Position numbers and translations under genes: made by a program. Of a stretch of 32,000 bases of DNA, positions 15,557 to 24,029 are shown in pieces. The notes beneath the pieces are model-generated. The model did not search any database and was not told the DNA's origin. It saw only the letters and a list, made by a program, of their open reading frames with translations. Where the stretch lies: positions 30,001 to 62,000 of the forward strand of contig CP060262.1 in the NCBI GenBank assembly GCA_022646745.1, in the 5' to 3' direction. The DNA comes from Planctomycetales bacterium (GTDB lineage: Bacteria; 4484-113; JAFGCY01). Every line of letters begins with the position of its first letter. The stretch's first letter is position 1.

Positions 15557-16255
15557 TCACTTCGGCCAGTTCAGTTCCACCTGCCTCGCCGTGCCGCTGT
15601 CCCAGTAGTTCAGCTGCGCCTCAGCGCGCTGCTCGTCAGTCCACTGGCGGCGGTACATCCCATGCTGGTCCAGCGGCTCGCCGCCGGCCAGCATGATCAC
15701 CACGCCATCCGGGCTGCCGTCGCCATCGATGTCATGTCCCGTGTCAGCGCTGCTGGCATAGCCGATCAGCACATAGGCGCAGACATTGCCAAGCTCGTTG
15801 TACTGCGTGATGTAGCTGAAGTTGCCCACCGCCTCCGCGGTCCAGCCGAATGGCACGCAGCGCGCATCGTTGTTGCTGCCGTCACCGTCGCCAAACGGAT
15901 TCGGGTAGAAGCCCGGTTCGCCGTATCCCCCGTATCCCGGATGCTCGCTGCAGCAGGGATGCTGCATCAGCTGGCTCAGGGCTGCCGGGTAGTTGTTACC
16001 CCAGTGCCGGCCATCATCGCCATCCGCGACTTCGTGGTCCACCGCCCAGCGCTCCAGCCAGAGCTGGATGCTGTGCAATTCGGCCTTCAGTTGCTTCTGC
16101 GCCTCTTCCTCGCGCTGCGCGGCATCCCAGTTGCCATTGGCCACGCCTTCCCAGTAGGCACTGCGCGCCTCCTGCGGAACATCGACGGCGCTGGCCGGCG
16201 TCATTGCCATTGCCAGCAACAGCATGCCAGTCAGTAATGTCATTGTTCTTTTCAT
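15557..16255 (-). CDS. P-family paralog 3 (cleavable signal peptide)
   Basis: The ORF track starts at 16288. ATG 16255 lies 7 nt downstream of AAGGAGAA and gives MKRTMTLLTGMLLLAMAMTPASA. The conserved block is GFYPNPFG..CVPFGWTAEAVGNFSYITQ..AYVLIGYASSADTGHDIDGDGSPDG. Confidence 0.82.
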   Translation of the reverse strand: MKRTMTLLTGMLLLAMAMTPASAVDVPQEARSAYWEGVANGNWDAAQREEEAQKQLKAELHSIQLWLERWAVDHEVADGDDGRHWGNNYPAALSQLMQHPCCSEHPGYGGYGEPGFYPNPFGDGDGSNNDARCVPFGWTAEAVGNFSYITQYNELGNVCAYVLIGYASSADTGHDIDGDGSPDGVVIMLAGGEPLDQHGMYRRQWTDEQRAEAQLNYWDSGTARQVELNWPK

Positions 16256-16295
16256 CTGTCCGTTCTCCTTATCACCATCACTATCCACACGCCAG

Positions 16296-16985
16296 TCAGT
16301 CCCTGGCCTCCTGCCAGTGGATCATCAGCGGCCGGCCATGCTCCGTCACCGGCAGCCAGGCTTCATCGTGGTTCCCGCTCCACAGGTCCACCCAGTTGCC
16401 ATCGCGATCGAACAGCGCTTCCCCGCCGCTGACCAGCAGGTAGGCCACGCCGTCCGGCTGCCCGTCTCCGGTCACGTCCAGCCCACTGTAGCGGTCCGGC
16501 CCCCACAGCAGCAGCACATAGCCCGTGATGTTGCCATCCTTGTAGCGCTGCGGCAGGTAACTGAAATTGCCGACGGCCTCGGGGGTCCAACCAAAGGGCA
16601 CGGGCTTGGCGTCCAGCTCGCTTTCCGCTGAAGCCGAATACGGATTGGGATAGAAGCCCGGCTGCATGTATGGATCGCCGAAGTCGTGTTCCTCGCAGCA
16701 CTTCCCCGCCGTCAGCAGCATCGCGTCCTCCGGATAGCGCAGTTGCCAGCCTCGCTCTCCGACGGAGTGGTCCACGCTGAAGCGCTCACTCTGCAGCTGC
16801 AGGTTGAGCAGCTCGACCCTTGCCATGTCCAGCCTGTCCTTATCGGTGATGCTCTGGCCATCGGCTACGGCCTGCCAGTAGGCGTCGCGCAGCTCTTCAT
16901 AAGTCGGTCCTTCCGCTGCAGCTTGCCTGAAGCCTGCGATGGTCACGAAAACCAGGGCCAGTACGATCAATGTGTTTCGGTTCAT
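16296..16985 (-). CDS. P-family paralog 4 (cleavable signal peptide; first gene of operon)
   Basis: ORF track gives 229 aa. ATG 16985 lies 6 nt downstream of GGGAGGGA. The signal is MNRNTLIVLALVFVTIAGFRQAAA. The conserved block is GFYPNPYS..PVPFGWTPEAVGNFSYLPQ..GYVLLLWGPDRYSGLDVTGDGQPDG. Confidence 0.82.
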   Translation of the reverse strand: MNRNTLIVLALVFVTIAGFRQAAAEGPTYEELRDAYWQAVADGQSITDKDRLDMARVELLNLQLQSERFSVDHSVGERGWQLRYPEDAMLLTAGKCCEEHDFGDPYMQPGFYPNPYSASAESELDAKPVPFGWTPEAVGNFSYLPQRYKDGNITGYVLLLWGPDRYSGLDVTGDGQPDGVAYLLVSGGEALFDRDGNWVDLWSGNHDEAWLPVTEHGRPLMIHWQEARD

Positions 16986-17142
16986 TTGCCATCCCTCCCG
17001 TTGTGACTGTGCACGATATTGAAATGTATAACACAGCCTGCGCCTCCGGGCCCGCCCTTCATGTCAGCATGCTAATGTTAAACCCCAATGAAACCGGTGG
17101 AGCTGGGGCCGTCTTATCCCGCCGGTGCAGGAGAAGCCTGGC

Positions 17143-18114
17143 ATGCATGACATATTCAGCCTGCCCCCCGAGGGCTACCCGCAGGAACTGCTGTCCCTGC
17201 GCAGCGAGGTCATTTCGCGCACGCTTGCCGGCCATATCGACTCCGCCTATGAAATGTACCAGTTCGAGCTGGAGCGCCTGAAGGAGCTGAGCATCCGCGT
17301 GTTCGAGCTGCCGCGCGAGCACTTCGAGCTGGAGCACCGTCTCTCGCAGCTGGACTACGCGAAGGACAGCGCTGAGATGGAAAGCATCATGCAGCAGATG
17401 GAGCAGCTGAAGCTCGCCGCCGGCTTCCCGCAGGAGCGCATTGACGACCCGATGGGGGCCGGCAAGCCCGCCGAGCTGCGTGAGATCGAGGAACGGATGC
17501 AGCAGGCCGCCGAGCGCGCCGACATGGCGGAAAGCGTGCGCCTGTCCCAGCAGTGGCTGGAGCGGATGCGCTTCTACGGTTACCCGCAGCCCGGCATGGA
17601 GCGGCAGGAGCAGGCCTACCAGGCCTTCCTCGAACAGGAGGAGGAGCTCAACCGGCAGGTCCCGCCGGAGTACCTCGCCACCATGCGCTCGCTGGCCATG
17701 GCGCTGTACCGCGGCAACATGGATGAGGTGATGCGCCAGCACGAGCAGCAGATCGAGATCGCCCAGTGCCTCGGGATCAACGTGCAGCGCATGTCCCGGG
17801 AGTACTTTGAGCTGCAGCACCGCATCAGCAAGGCCGCCCGCCGCAACGACCAGGCCGAGCTGGCCCAGCTCCAGCAGGAGCTGGAGGAGCTGCAACCCGC
17901 CGACCAGCCCGTGATGGAGATGTTCGTCGACCCCTCAGGCGTGATGGGCCTGCCCCCGGAGTACGCCGAACTGGCCCGCGCCTGTGCCGAGGCCTTCGAG
18001 AACGGAGATGAGGCGGAGGCCCTGCGGCTCAGCCAGCAGATGCAGAAACTGCTGGAAAGCAGCGGCAATATCTACAACATCATGAACATCATTGAATCGG
18101 AGCCGGAAGGCTGA
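17143..18114 (+). CDS. Acidic all-helical cytoplasmic protein with internal repeats (unknown family)
   Basis: The ORF track starts at GTG 17125. ATG 17143 lies about 7 nt downstream of GGAGAAG. The sequence is Glu/Gln/Leu-rich. Internal duplication is seen in REHFELEHRLSQL versus REYFELQHRISKA, and three segments open with PPEGY / PPEY / PPEY. Confidence 0.7.
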   Translation: MHDIFSLPPEGYPQELLSLRSEVISRTLAGHIDSAYEMYQFELERLKELSIRVFELPREHFELEHRLSQLDYAKDSAEMESIMQQMEQLKLAAGFPQERIDDPMGAGKPAELREIEERMQQAAERADMAESVRLSQQWLERMRFYGYPQPGMERQEQAYQAFLEQEEELNRQVPPEYLATMRSLAMALYRGNMDEVMRQHEQQIEIAQCLGINVQRMSREYFELQHRISKAARRNDQAELAQLQQELEELQPADQPVMEMFVDPSGVMGLPPEYAELARACAEAFENGDEAEALRLSQQMQKLLESSGNIYNIMNIIESEPEG

Positions 18115-18173
18115 TGAGCCCTTGCGCGGGACTTATCCACGCGCTGTCCACGGCTCATCGCTATAATCTCTAG

Positions 18174-19964
18174 GTGGAACAGGACCAACAGCCGCGGGAG
18201 AACGGGGGCGAACAGCAGGCAGCCCCTTCCGCAGTGCAGGCACATTCCAAAGGCCAGGGCAACGGCAGGCACAACGGCCAGAAGGATGATCCTCGTGTGC
18301 GCCTGCTGCTGGCCAAGCTGCTGGCCACCCTGACCGGCATGATCATCGGCATGGCGATCACGGCAGTGGTCAGCTCAAATCTGCTGCCGGAGCAGCAGGA
18401 AAAGGTCAGCAGCGCGCAGGAAGAAATCAACGAGGCGAACAAGAGCATCGCCCAGATGAATCCGGAATGGCAGAAGGCATATGATGAACGGACTGCCGCC
18501 AAGGAATCATATGACGACCAGGTTGATGCTGACCTGCTTGAGCTGTTCACCAAGGGATTCAACAACCTCCGGTCAAGCACCGGCAGCAGTACCAAGGAGA
18601 TGCTGGATTCCCTTGAGTCCGATCCGGACCGGCTGATCCTTGAACTATACGGGATCCTGACGGAAGACCAGGCGAAACCCGCCGAGGACAGGACCATTGA
18701 CGATGCTGTCCGCAGCAAGTTCCTCAGCAAGTTCCATTTCGCGGGCGGCAGTCCTGCAGCGGCTGATGACCAGGCTGAGGCACAGGCCAGTGCGGTACCG
18801 GCGACATCCCTGGAGTTCGACCCGGACCTGAATACCAGCGCCCTGCTCTTCCTGGAACTGCGCCGCAAGGATTATGAGTACATCCAGGTTGACAACGAAT
18901 ACTCAAAGTTCCAGCTGTCCGTCACGCTGAACCAGGAAGTGATTTCGGTCACGGAGCGGTTCATCGGCCAGATTGACCTGATCAGCCTGGCGATCATCTT
19001 CATCTGTACGATCCTTGGCTACCTGACCCATCCCATAGCTGAGCGGCTGATCAAGCGCATCGCCCAGAACTGGCGCGAGTTTGATTTCGGGCCGGGACAG
19101 CGCAGCACGCCCGCCGCCATCGGCTTCTTCGCCGGCATGCTGCTGGCAATTGTCGTGCTGCTGCTGCTGTTCACCGTGATCCCGCTTGAGCAGTCGATCA
19201 TGGACCAGAGCTGGTTCAAGGTGCTGGTCGGCACGGTCATCGTGCTGATCATCAGCGGCATCGGGGCCATCACCGGCGCAACCTACTTCGGCCCGCGCGA
19301 GGACCCGGACCTCGTGGACGAATACATCGAATTCCGCCGCAATGCCGCGCCGAAGCTGCTCGACACATCAGTGATCATCGACGGGCGGATCTACGAGATT
19401 GCCCAGACCCGCTTCCTCGACGGCTACCTCGTGGTCACCGGCTCCGTGCTGCGTGAGCTGCAGACGCTGGCTGACAGCGCGGATGAGCGCAAGCGCATCA
19501 AGGGCCGCAGCGGGCTGGAGCTGGTGCAGAAGATGCAGGATGACAACCGCGTCGACCTGCGGATCTTCGATGACAGCCAGTTCGACAGCCAGGCCAATGG
19601 CGTTGACGACCAGCTGATGATCGTCTGCCGTGAGATGGGGGCACAGGTCGTCACCAATGACTACAACCTCAACCGCGTGGCGGCGATCCTCAACGTCAAG
19701 GTGCTCAACATCAATGCACTTGCCAACTCCGTCAAGACCCGGCACCTGCCGGGCGACGAGATCGTGATCAAGATCACCGACCGCGGCAAGCAGAAGGGAC
19801 AGGGCGTCGGCTACCTCGAGGACGGCACGATGGTCGTGATCGAGGACGGTGGCGGCTTCATCGGCCAGAACAAGCTGGTGCGCATCACGAGCGTCTCGCA
19901 GACCGCACAGGGCCGCCTGCTGTTCGCACGGGTGGACCTTGCCAACGGAGAGGGCGATGGCTGA
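18174..19964 (+). CDS. yacL: YacL-like PIN + TRAM domain integral membrane protein with a long N-terminal insertion
   Basis: ORF track gives 596 aa with a GTG start, which is uncertain. The PIN region is LLDTSVIIDGRIYEIAQTRFLDGYLVV..VDDQLMIVCREMGAQVVTNDYNLNRVA. The TRAM-like tail is GDEIVIKITDRGKQKGQGVGYLEDGTMVVIEDG..LVRITSVSQTAQGRLLFARV. It lies upstream of ispD, as in the known yacL-ispD-ispF synteny. Confidence 0.8.
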   Translation: MEQDQQPRENGGEQQAAPSAVQAHSKGQGNGRHNGQKDDPRVRLLLAKLLATLTGMIIGMAITAVVSSNLLPEQQEKVSSAQEEINEANKSIAQMNPEWQKAYDERTAAKESYDDQVDADLLELFTKGFNNLRSSTGSSTKEMLDSLESDPDRLILELYGILTEDQAKPAEDRTIDDAVRSKFLSKFHFAGGSPAAADDQAEAQASAVPATSLEFDPDLNTSALLFLELRRKDYEYIQVDNEYSKFQLSVTLNQEVISVTERFIGQIDLISLAIIFICTILGYLTHPIAERLIKRIAQNWREFDFGPGQRSTPAAIGFFAGMLLAIVVLLLLFTVIPLEQSIMDQSWFKVLVGTVIVLIISGIGAITGATYFGPREDPDLVDEYIEFRRNAAPKLLDTSVIIDGRIYEIAQTRFLDGYLVVTGSVLRELQTLADSADERKRIKGRSGLELVQKMQDDNRVDLRIFDDSQFDSQANGVDDQLMIVCREMGAQVVTNDYNLNRVAAILNVKVLNINALANSVKTRHLPGDEIVIKITDRGKQKGQGVGYLEDGTMVVIEDGGGFIGQNKLVRITSVSQTAQGRLLFARVDLANGEGDG

Positions 19965-20733
19965 GTTCAGCGCGATCGTACTCGCCGGTGGGAAGGCCTC
20001 GCGCTTCGGCGGCACTGATGTCTACAAGGAAAAGCTCGGCGGCAAGTCGATGCTGTCACATTCAATTGACCTCTGCGAGGCGCACGAGCACTGCCGCGAG
20101 GTGCTTGTCAGCGTCTCCCCGGCGATCCGCTCCTGGATCGAAGGCGATGTGCTGACCTTCTCCGGCTCCAAGATGAGACTCATGGATGCACAGGCAGACC
20201 GCCAGTCCTCCGCACTGGCAGCAGCCAGGCTTGCTAGCAGTGACCTGCTCGTGGTCCTCGATGGCAACCGCCCCTACAGCGGCGATGAGCTGCTGGAGCG
20301 CGTGCTGCGCGAGGCGGCCGAGGGCACGGGCTGCGCACCATGCCTGGACTGCACCGATCCGCCGGCCAGCCGCGGTGACAAGGTGGCCGGTGACGGTGGC
20401 GACACCGATTTCTTCGGTGCGAAGAAGACAGACTCATACGCCCGCAGCATGCTGCGGGGCAACCTGCCGGCGGCTGAGGCAGTGCTGCTGCAGCATCCGC
20501 AGGCCTTCCTGCGTGAGGACTACATCTCAAAGGCTGAAGCTGCCGGTGACCTTACGCGCTTCGCTGACGACAGCGAGGTGTTCATGGCCGGCGGTGGTGA
20601 CATTGTGCTCGTGCCCGGCCGCAGCGGCAACTTCCGCATTGTCAGCCATGATGACCTGCGCATCATGCAGAAGATCATGGGCGGCCCTTCAAAGAAGAAG
20701 CAGGACGGCAAGTACGGGGGCCTCGGTTGGTAG
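19957..20733 (+). CDS. ispD: IspD-like nucleotidyltransferase (2-C-methyl-D-erythritol 4-phosphate cytidylyltransferase family, divergent)
   Basis: The ORF track starts at 19849 inside yacL. ATG 19957 overlaps the yacL stop by 8 nt. The protein shows MAEFSAIVLAGGKASRFGG (P-loop), VLDGNRP (compare HDAARP), QHPQAF and GNFRIVSHDDLRIM (compare NIKVTRPEDL). Confidence 0.7.
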   Translation: MAEFSAIVLAGGKASRFGGTDVYKEKLGGKSMLSHSIDLCEAHEHCREVLVSVSPAIRSWIEGDVLTFSGSKMRLMDAQADRQSSALAAARLASSDLLVVLDGNRPYSGDELLERVLREAAEGTGCAPCLDCTDPPASRGDKVAGDGGDTDFFGAKKTDSYARSMLRGNLPAAEAVLLQHPQAFLREDYISKAEAAGDLTRFADDSEVFMAGGGDIVLVPGRSGNFRIVSHDDLRIMQKIMGGPSKKKQDGKYGGLGW

Positions 20734-21848
20734 CAGCGGGCAGGAATGACTCCGGCCTGCGCATCGGCCAGGGCGTAAGCTCACAGCGCATCTCCAGTGG
20801 CAAGGCGGCCGCACTGGCCGGCATGAGCGTGGAGCTGCAGGTCGGCGATGCCAGCAGCGACGGAGACGTTGCCAGCCAGGCGGTGCTCGCTGCCCTGATG
20901 ACGGCACTGTCCCTGCCGGGCATCGACACCCTGTTCCCCGCTGACGACACGGAGGCCCTGCGCGAAAACAGCCTGGTGCTGCTCAGCCAGACCGTCAGCG
21001 CCCTCAAGCGCCGCCAGCTGGACTCCGTCAGCAGCGCCAGCATCAGCCTGCACCTGGCGGACTGGCAGGCGATCTCCGCCTACTGGGAGGAGATGTGCGG
21101 CATGCTGGCCAGTGCGCTGCAGGTCGAGCGTGACTGCATCGGCCTCGGCATCGGTCCAGTACCGGATGGGATGGACGGCGACTGCATGTACGCCGTTGCC
21201 TCCGTGCTCTGCCAGCGCCGCAACCCATTTGCTACTGCACCGAAGGCTGCCGCCCCGAGCCGTGCCGAGCGCACCGCCGAGGCGGCCCGCAGCCTGTTTG
21301 ACAACCCACAGCCGGCCAGGGCATCAGAGCCTGAGCCGGACATCCTGGAGGACCCGACATTGCCAAGGAGAGCACGCGAGTTCGAACAGGCGGTGCGCAG
21401 CGGCCTGCCGCCCCTGCCCCGCGCCCAGGCACCTGAGCCAGGCAGCACGCTTTACGTCTACAGTGACGGCGCCAGCCGCGGCAACCCCGGCAAGGCGGCC
21501 ACCGGTTTCGTGGTGATGGACGGGGCCGGCCTGCTGGTGCATGAGGGCGGCACCCGGCTGGAAGACTGCACCAACAACCAGGCGGAGTACCGCGCGATCA
21601 TCGAGGCGCTGGAATGGGTTGAGCGCGAACTCGGGCACGACTTCCACCTGGAGTGCCGGCTGGACAGCGAACTTGTCGTCAAGCAGTTAAAGGGCGAGTA
21701 CAAGGTCAAGAAGGAAGAACTGAAGCCGCTGTCAATGAAGGCCATGAACCTGCTGATGTACTTCACGTCCTTCGAGCTCAGGCATGTGCCGCGCGCCGAG
21801 AACGCCCGCGCCGACGCAATGGCCAACGCGGTGCTTGACAACAGCTGA
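20727..21848 (+). CDS. Fusion protein: degenerate IspF-like domain (aa ~11-164) + linker + RNase HI domain (aa ~240-373)
   Basis: ORF track gives 373 aa. The TTG start overlaps the ispD TAG (TTGGTAG). The N-terminal domain aligns to IspF: LRIGQGVSSQ..ASSDGDVASQAVLAAL..GIDTLFPADD. The C-terminal domain shows YSDGASRGNPG, NNQAEYRAIIEAL, LDSELVVKQL and ENARADAMAN, which is the DEDD set of RNase H. Confidence 0.78.
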   Translation: MVAAGRNDSGLRIGQGVSSQRISSGKAAALAGMSVELQVGDASSDGDVASQAVLAALMTALSLPGIDTLFPADDTEALRENSLVLLSQTVSALKRRQLDSVSSASISLHLADWQAISAYWEEMCGMLASALQVERDCIGLGIGPVPDGMDGDCMYAVASVLCQRRNPFATAPKAAAPSRAERTAEAARSLFDNPQPARASEPEPDILEDPTLPRRAREFEQAVRSGLPPLPRAQAPEPGSTLYVYSDGASRGNPGKAATGFVVMDGAGLLVHEGGTRLEDCTNNQAEYRAIIEALEWVERELGHDFHLECRLDSELVVKQLKGEYKVKKEELKPLSMKAMNLLMYFTSFELRHVPRAENARADAMANAVLDNS

Positions 21849-23963
21849 TCAGGCCAGCACGGGCAGCGGCGGGCTGTACAGCGCGATCAGCGCTTCCTGT
21901 ACCGCGACCCGTTCCTCATCCTCGCCAGGCATACGCCTGATGTAGCTGCCGTCCGGCTGCATGTCCCATGCTGAGCTGTTGTCAACGAAGTAGACCTGCA
22001 GGATGCGCTCAAGCTCCGCTGTGCATTCCTCGTCACGCACGGGTGCCACTGTCTCCACGCGCTTGTCCAGGTTGCGCTTCATCCAGTCCGCGCTGCCGAT
22101 GAAGAATTCCGGCTCTCCGGCATTCTCGAAACGGTAGATCCGGCTGTGCTCCAGGAAGCGGCCCAGCACGCTGCAGACGTGGATGTTGTCAGACAGGCCC
22201 GGCACACCGGCGCGCAGGCAGCACAGTCCGCGCACCACGAGGTGGATCGGCACCCCATCCAGTCCGGCTGCATACAGCTCACGGATGATGTCGGTGTCCT
22301 GCAGCTGGTTCATCTTGGCAACGATCCCGCTCGGGCGGCCCTCCCGCGCATGCTCCGCCTCCCGGCGGATCAGCTCGATGAAGTGGTCACGCATGTAGCG
22401 CGGTGCCACGAACAGCTTCCTGTAGTCGGTATGCGGATGCGCCCCGGTCAGCTCATTGAACACATTCAGCGCATCCTGGCAGATCGACTTGTTGGCGGTC
22501 AGCAGTCCGAGGTCCTCGTAGATCCGCGCCGTGCTCGTATGGTAGTTGCCGGTGCCGATGTGCACGTAGTTGCGCAGCGTGTCACCTTCCTCGCGTACCA
22601 CGAGCGCCATCTTGGAATGCGTCTTCAGCGCTTCCACGCCGTAGCTCACATGTGCCCCGGCGGCTTCCAGCATCCGGCCCCACTCGATGTTCGGCATCTC
22701 GTCGAAGCGCGCCGTGATCTCCACGCAGACCGCCACCTGCTTGCCCTGGCGTGCGGCCTCGACCAGTGCGGAGATGATCGGCGACTTGCTCGATGTGCGG
22801 TAGATCGTCAGCTTGATCGCCAGGGTGTGCGGGTCATTGACGGCGGCGCGGATGAAGCGCAGCACGGTAGTGTCGAAGCTCTGGTAGGGATGGTGCAGCA
22901 GGATGTCTCCCCTGCGGATCTCCGCGAACACCTCCTCGGGATTGCCACTGTCCAGCATTGACAGCCGCGGGTGGTTGACCGCGACATGCTCCGGCAGTCG
23001 GTGGCCCTCGATCGAGTCCGTCGGCAGGTTCAGCAGGTCGCTCTTGCCAAGCAGGCTCTCGCAGACGTAGATGTCGTCATCCGCAGCACCGAGCTGCTCA
23101 GCCAGCCAGCTCACCAGCTTGTCCGGCATGCTGTTCTGCACCTGCAGCCTGACAACACCCGCGAAACGCCGTGCCCGCAGTTCGTTCGTGACCTGGTCGA
23201 TGATGCTGCCCGGGATCACATCCTCACTCACGAGGTGCTCGCCGCCCGCATCCTCATTGTCGTCGCCATCAGCGCCACGGGTCACGCGGAAGGTGTAGAC
23301 CTCGATCGAGGCAGTTCCCGGGAACAGCTGGTCCAGGTTCTCGGAGATGATTTCCTCGATCAGCACAAGTCCGCGGCCTTCGGGCAGCACCACCCAGCGC
23401 GGGCGGTTGCCCGGCACCTTGATGCGCACGAAGCGCTTGCGGTCCTTCTTCGTGTCACGCACGCGCACCGCCAGGTTCAGGCCCTGGTTGGAGATGAATG
23501 GGAAAGGATGTTCGGCATCGACAGCCAGTGGTGTAAGCAAGGGCTTGATCTGCTCGTTGAAGTATTCGCGGCAGTAGGCCTTGCTTTCCTCATCAAGCTC
23601 GGCCACGCGCTGGAAGGGCAGCCCGGCCTCCGCCAGCGCAGCGGTGATCTCTCCGGACAGCATTGACTCCAGCCGGCTGATCTGGTTCAGCACCTCCTCG
23701 CGGCACTGCATCATCACCTCGACCGGTGAGCGGCCTTCGCTGGTGGTGGTGTCCCGGCTGCTGCGGATCATGCGCTTCAGGCCGCCGACGCGCTTCATGA
23801 AGAACTCGTCGTGCAGCACGCCCATGATGCCGGCGAACTTGACCCGTTCAAGCAGCGGCAAGCGGGGATCCTCCACGAATGCCAGCACCCTGTCCGCGAA
23901 GGACAGCCAGCTCAGGTCGCGGTTGAGGAAGATATCCAGCCCTTCCCGGATGTCGTAGTCCAT
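21849..23963 (-). CDS. ppk: Polyphosphate kinase 1
   Basis: ORF track gives 704 aa. The N-terminus FLNRDLSWLSFADRVLAFVEDPRLPLLERVKFAGIMGVLHDEFFMKRV is typical of PPK1. The length and tandem PLD-like C-domains also fit (HIGTGNYH, HSRIYRFEN). Confidence 0.93.
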   Translation of the reverse strand: MDYDIREGLDIFLNRDLSWLSFADRVLAFVEDPRLPLLERVKFAGIMGVLHDEFFMKRVGGLKRMIRSSRDTTTSEGRSPVEVMMQCREEVLNQISRLESMLSGEITAALAEAGLPFQRVAELDEESKAYCREYFNEQIKPLLTPLAVDAEHPFPFISNQGLNLAVRVRDTKKDRKRFVRIKVPGNRPRWVVLPEGRGLVLIEEIISENLDQLFPGTASIEVYTFRVTRGADGDDNEDAGGEHLVSEDVIPGSIIDQVTNELRARRFAGVVRLQVQNSMPDKLVSWLAEQLGAADDDIYVCESLLGKSDLLNLPTDSIEGHRLPEHVAVNHPRLSMLDSGNPEEVFAEIRRGDILLHHPYQSFDTTVLRFIRAAVNDPHTLAIKLTIYRTSSKSPIISALVEAARQGKQVAVCVEITARFDEMPNIEWGRMLEAAGAHVSYGVEALKTHSKMALVVREEGDTLRNYVHIGTGNYHTSTARIYEDLGLLTANKSICQDALNVFNELTGAHPHTDYRKLFVAPRYMRDHFIELIRREAEHAREGRPSGIVAKMNQLQDTDIIRELYAAGLDGVPIHLVVRGLCCLRAGVPGLSDNIHVCSVLGRFLEHSRIYRFENAGEPEFFIGSADWMKRNLDKRVETVAPVRDEECTAELERILQVYFVDNSSAWDMQPDGSYIRRMPGEDEERVAVQEALIALYSPPLPVLA

Positions 23964-24029
23964 TGCCTTGTTTACCCCTAATATCCAGATCGGAGGAAAG
24001 CAATGGCAGTTTATATCCGCTATGTGTAT

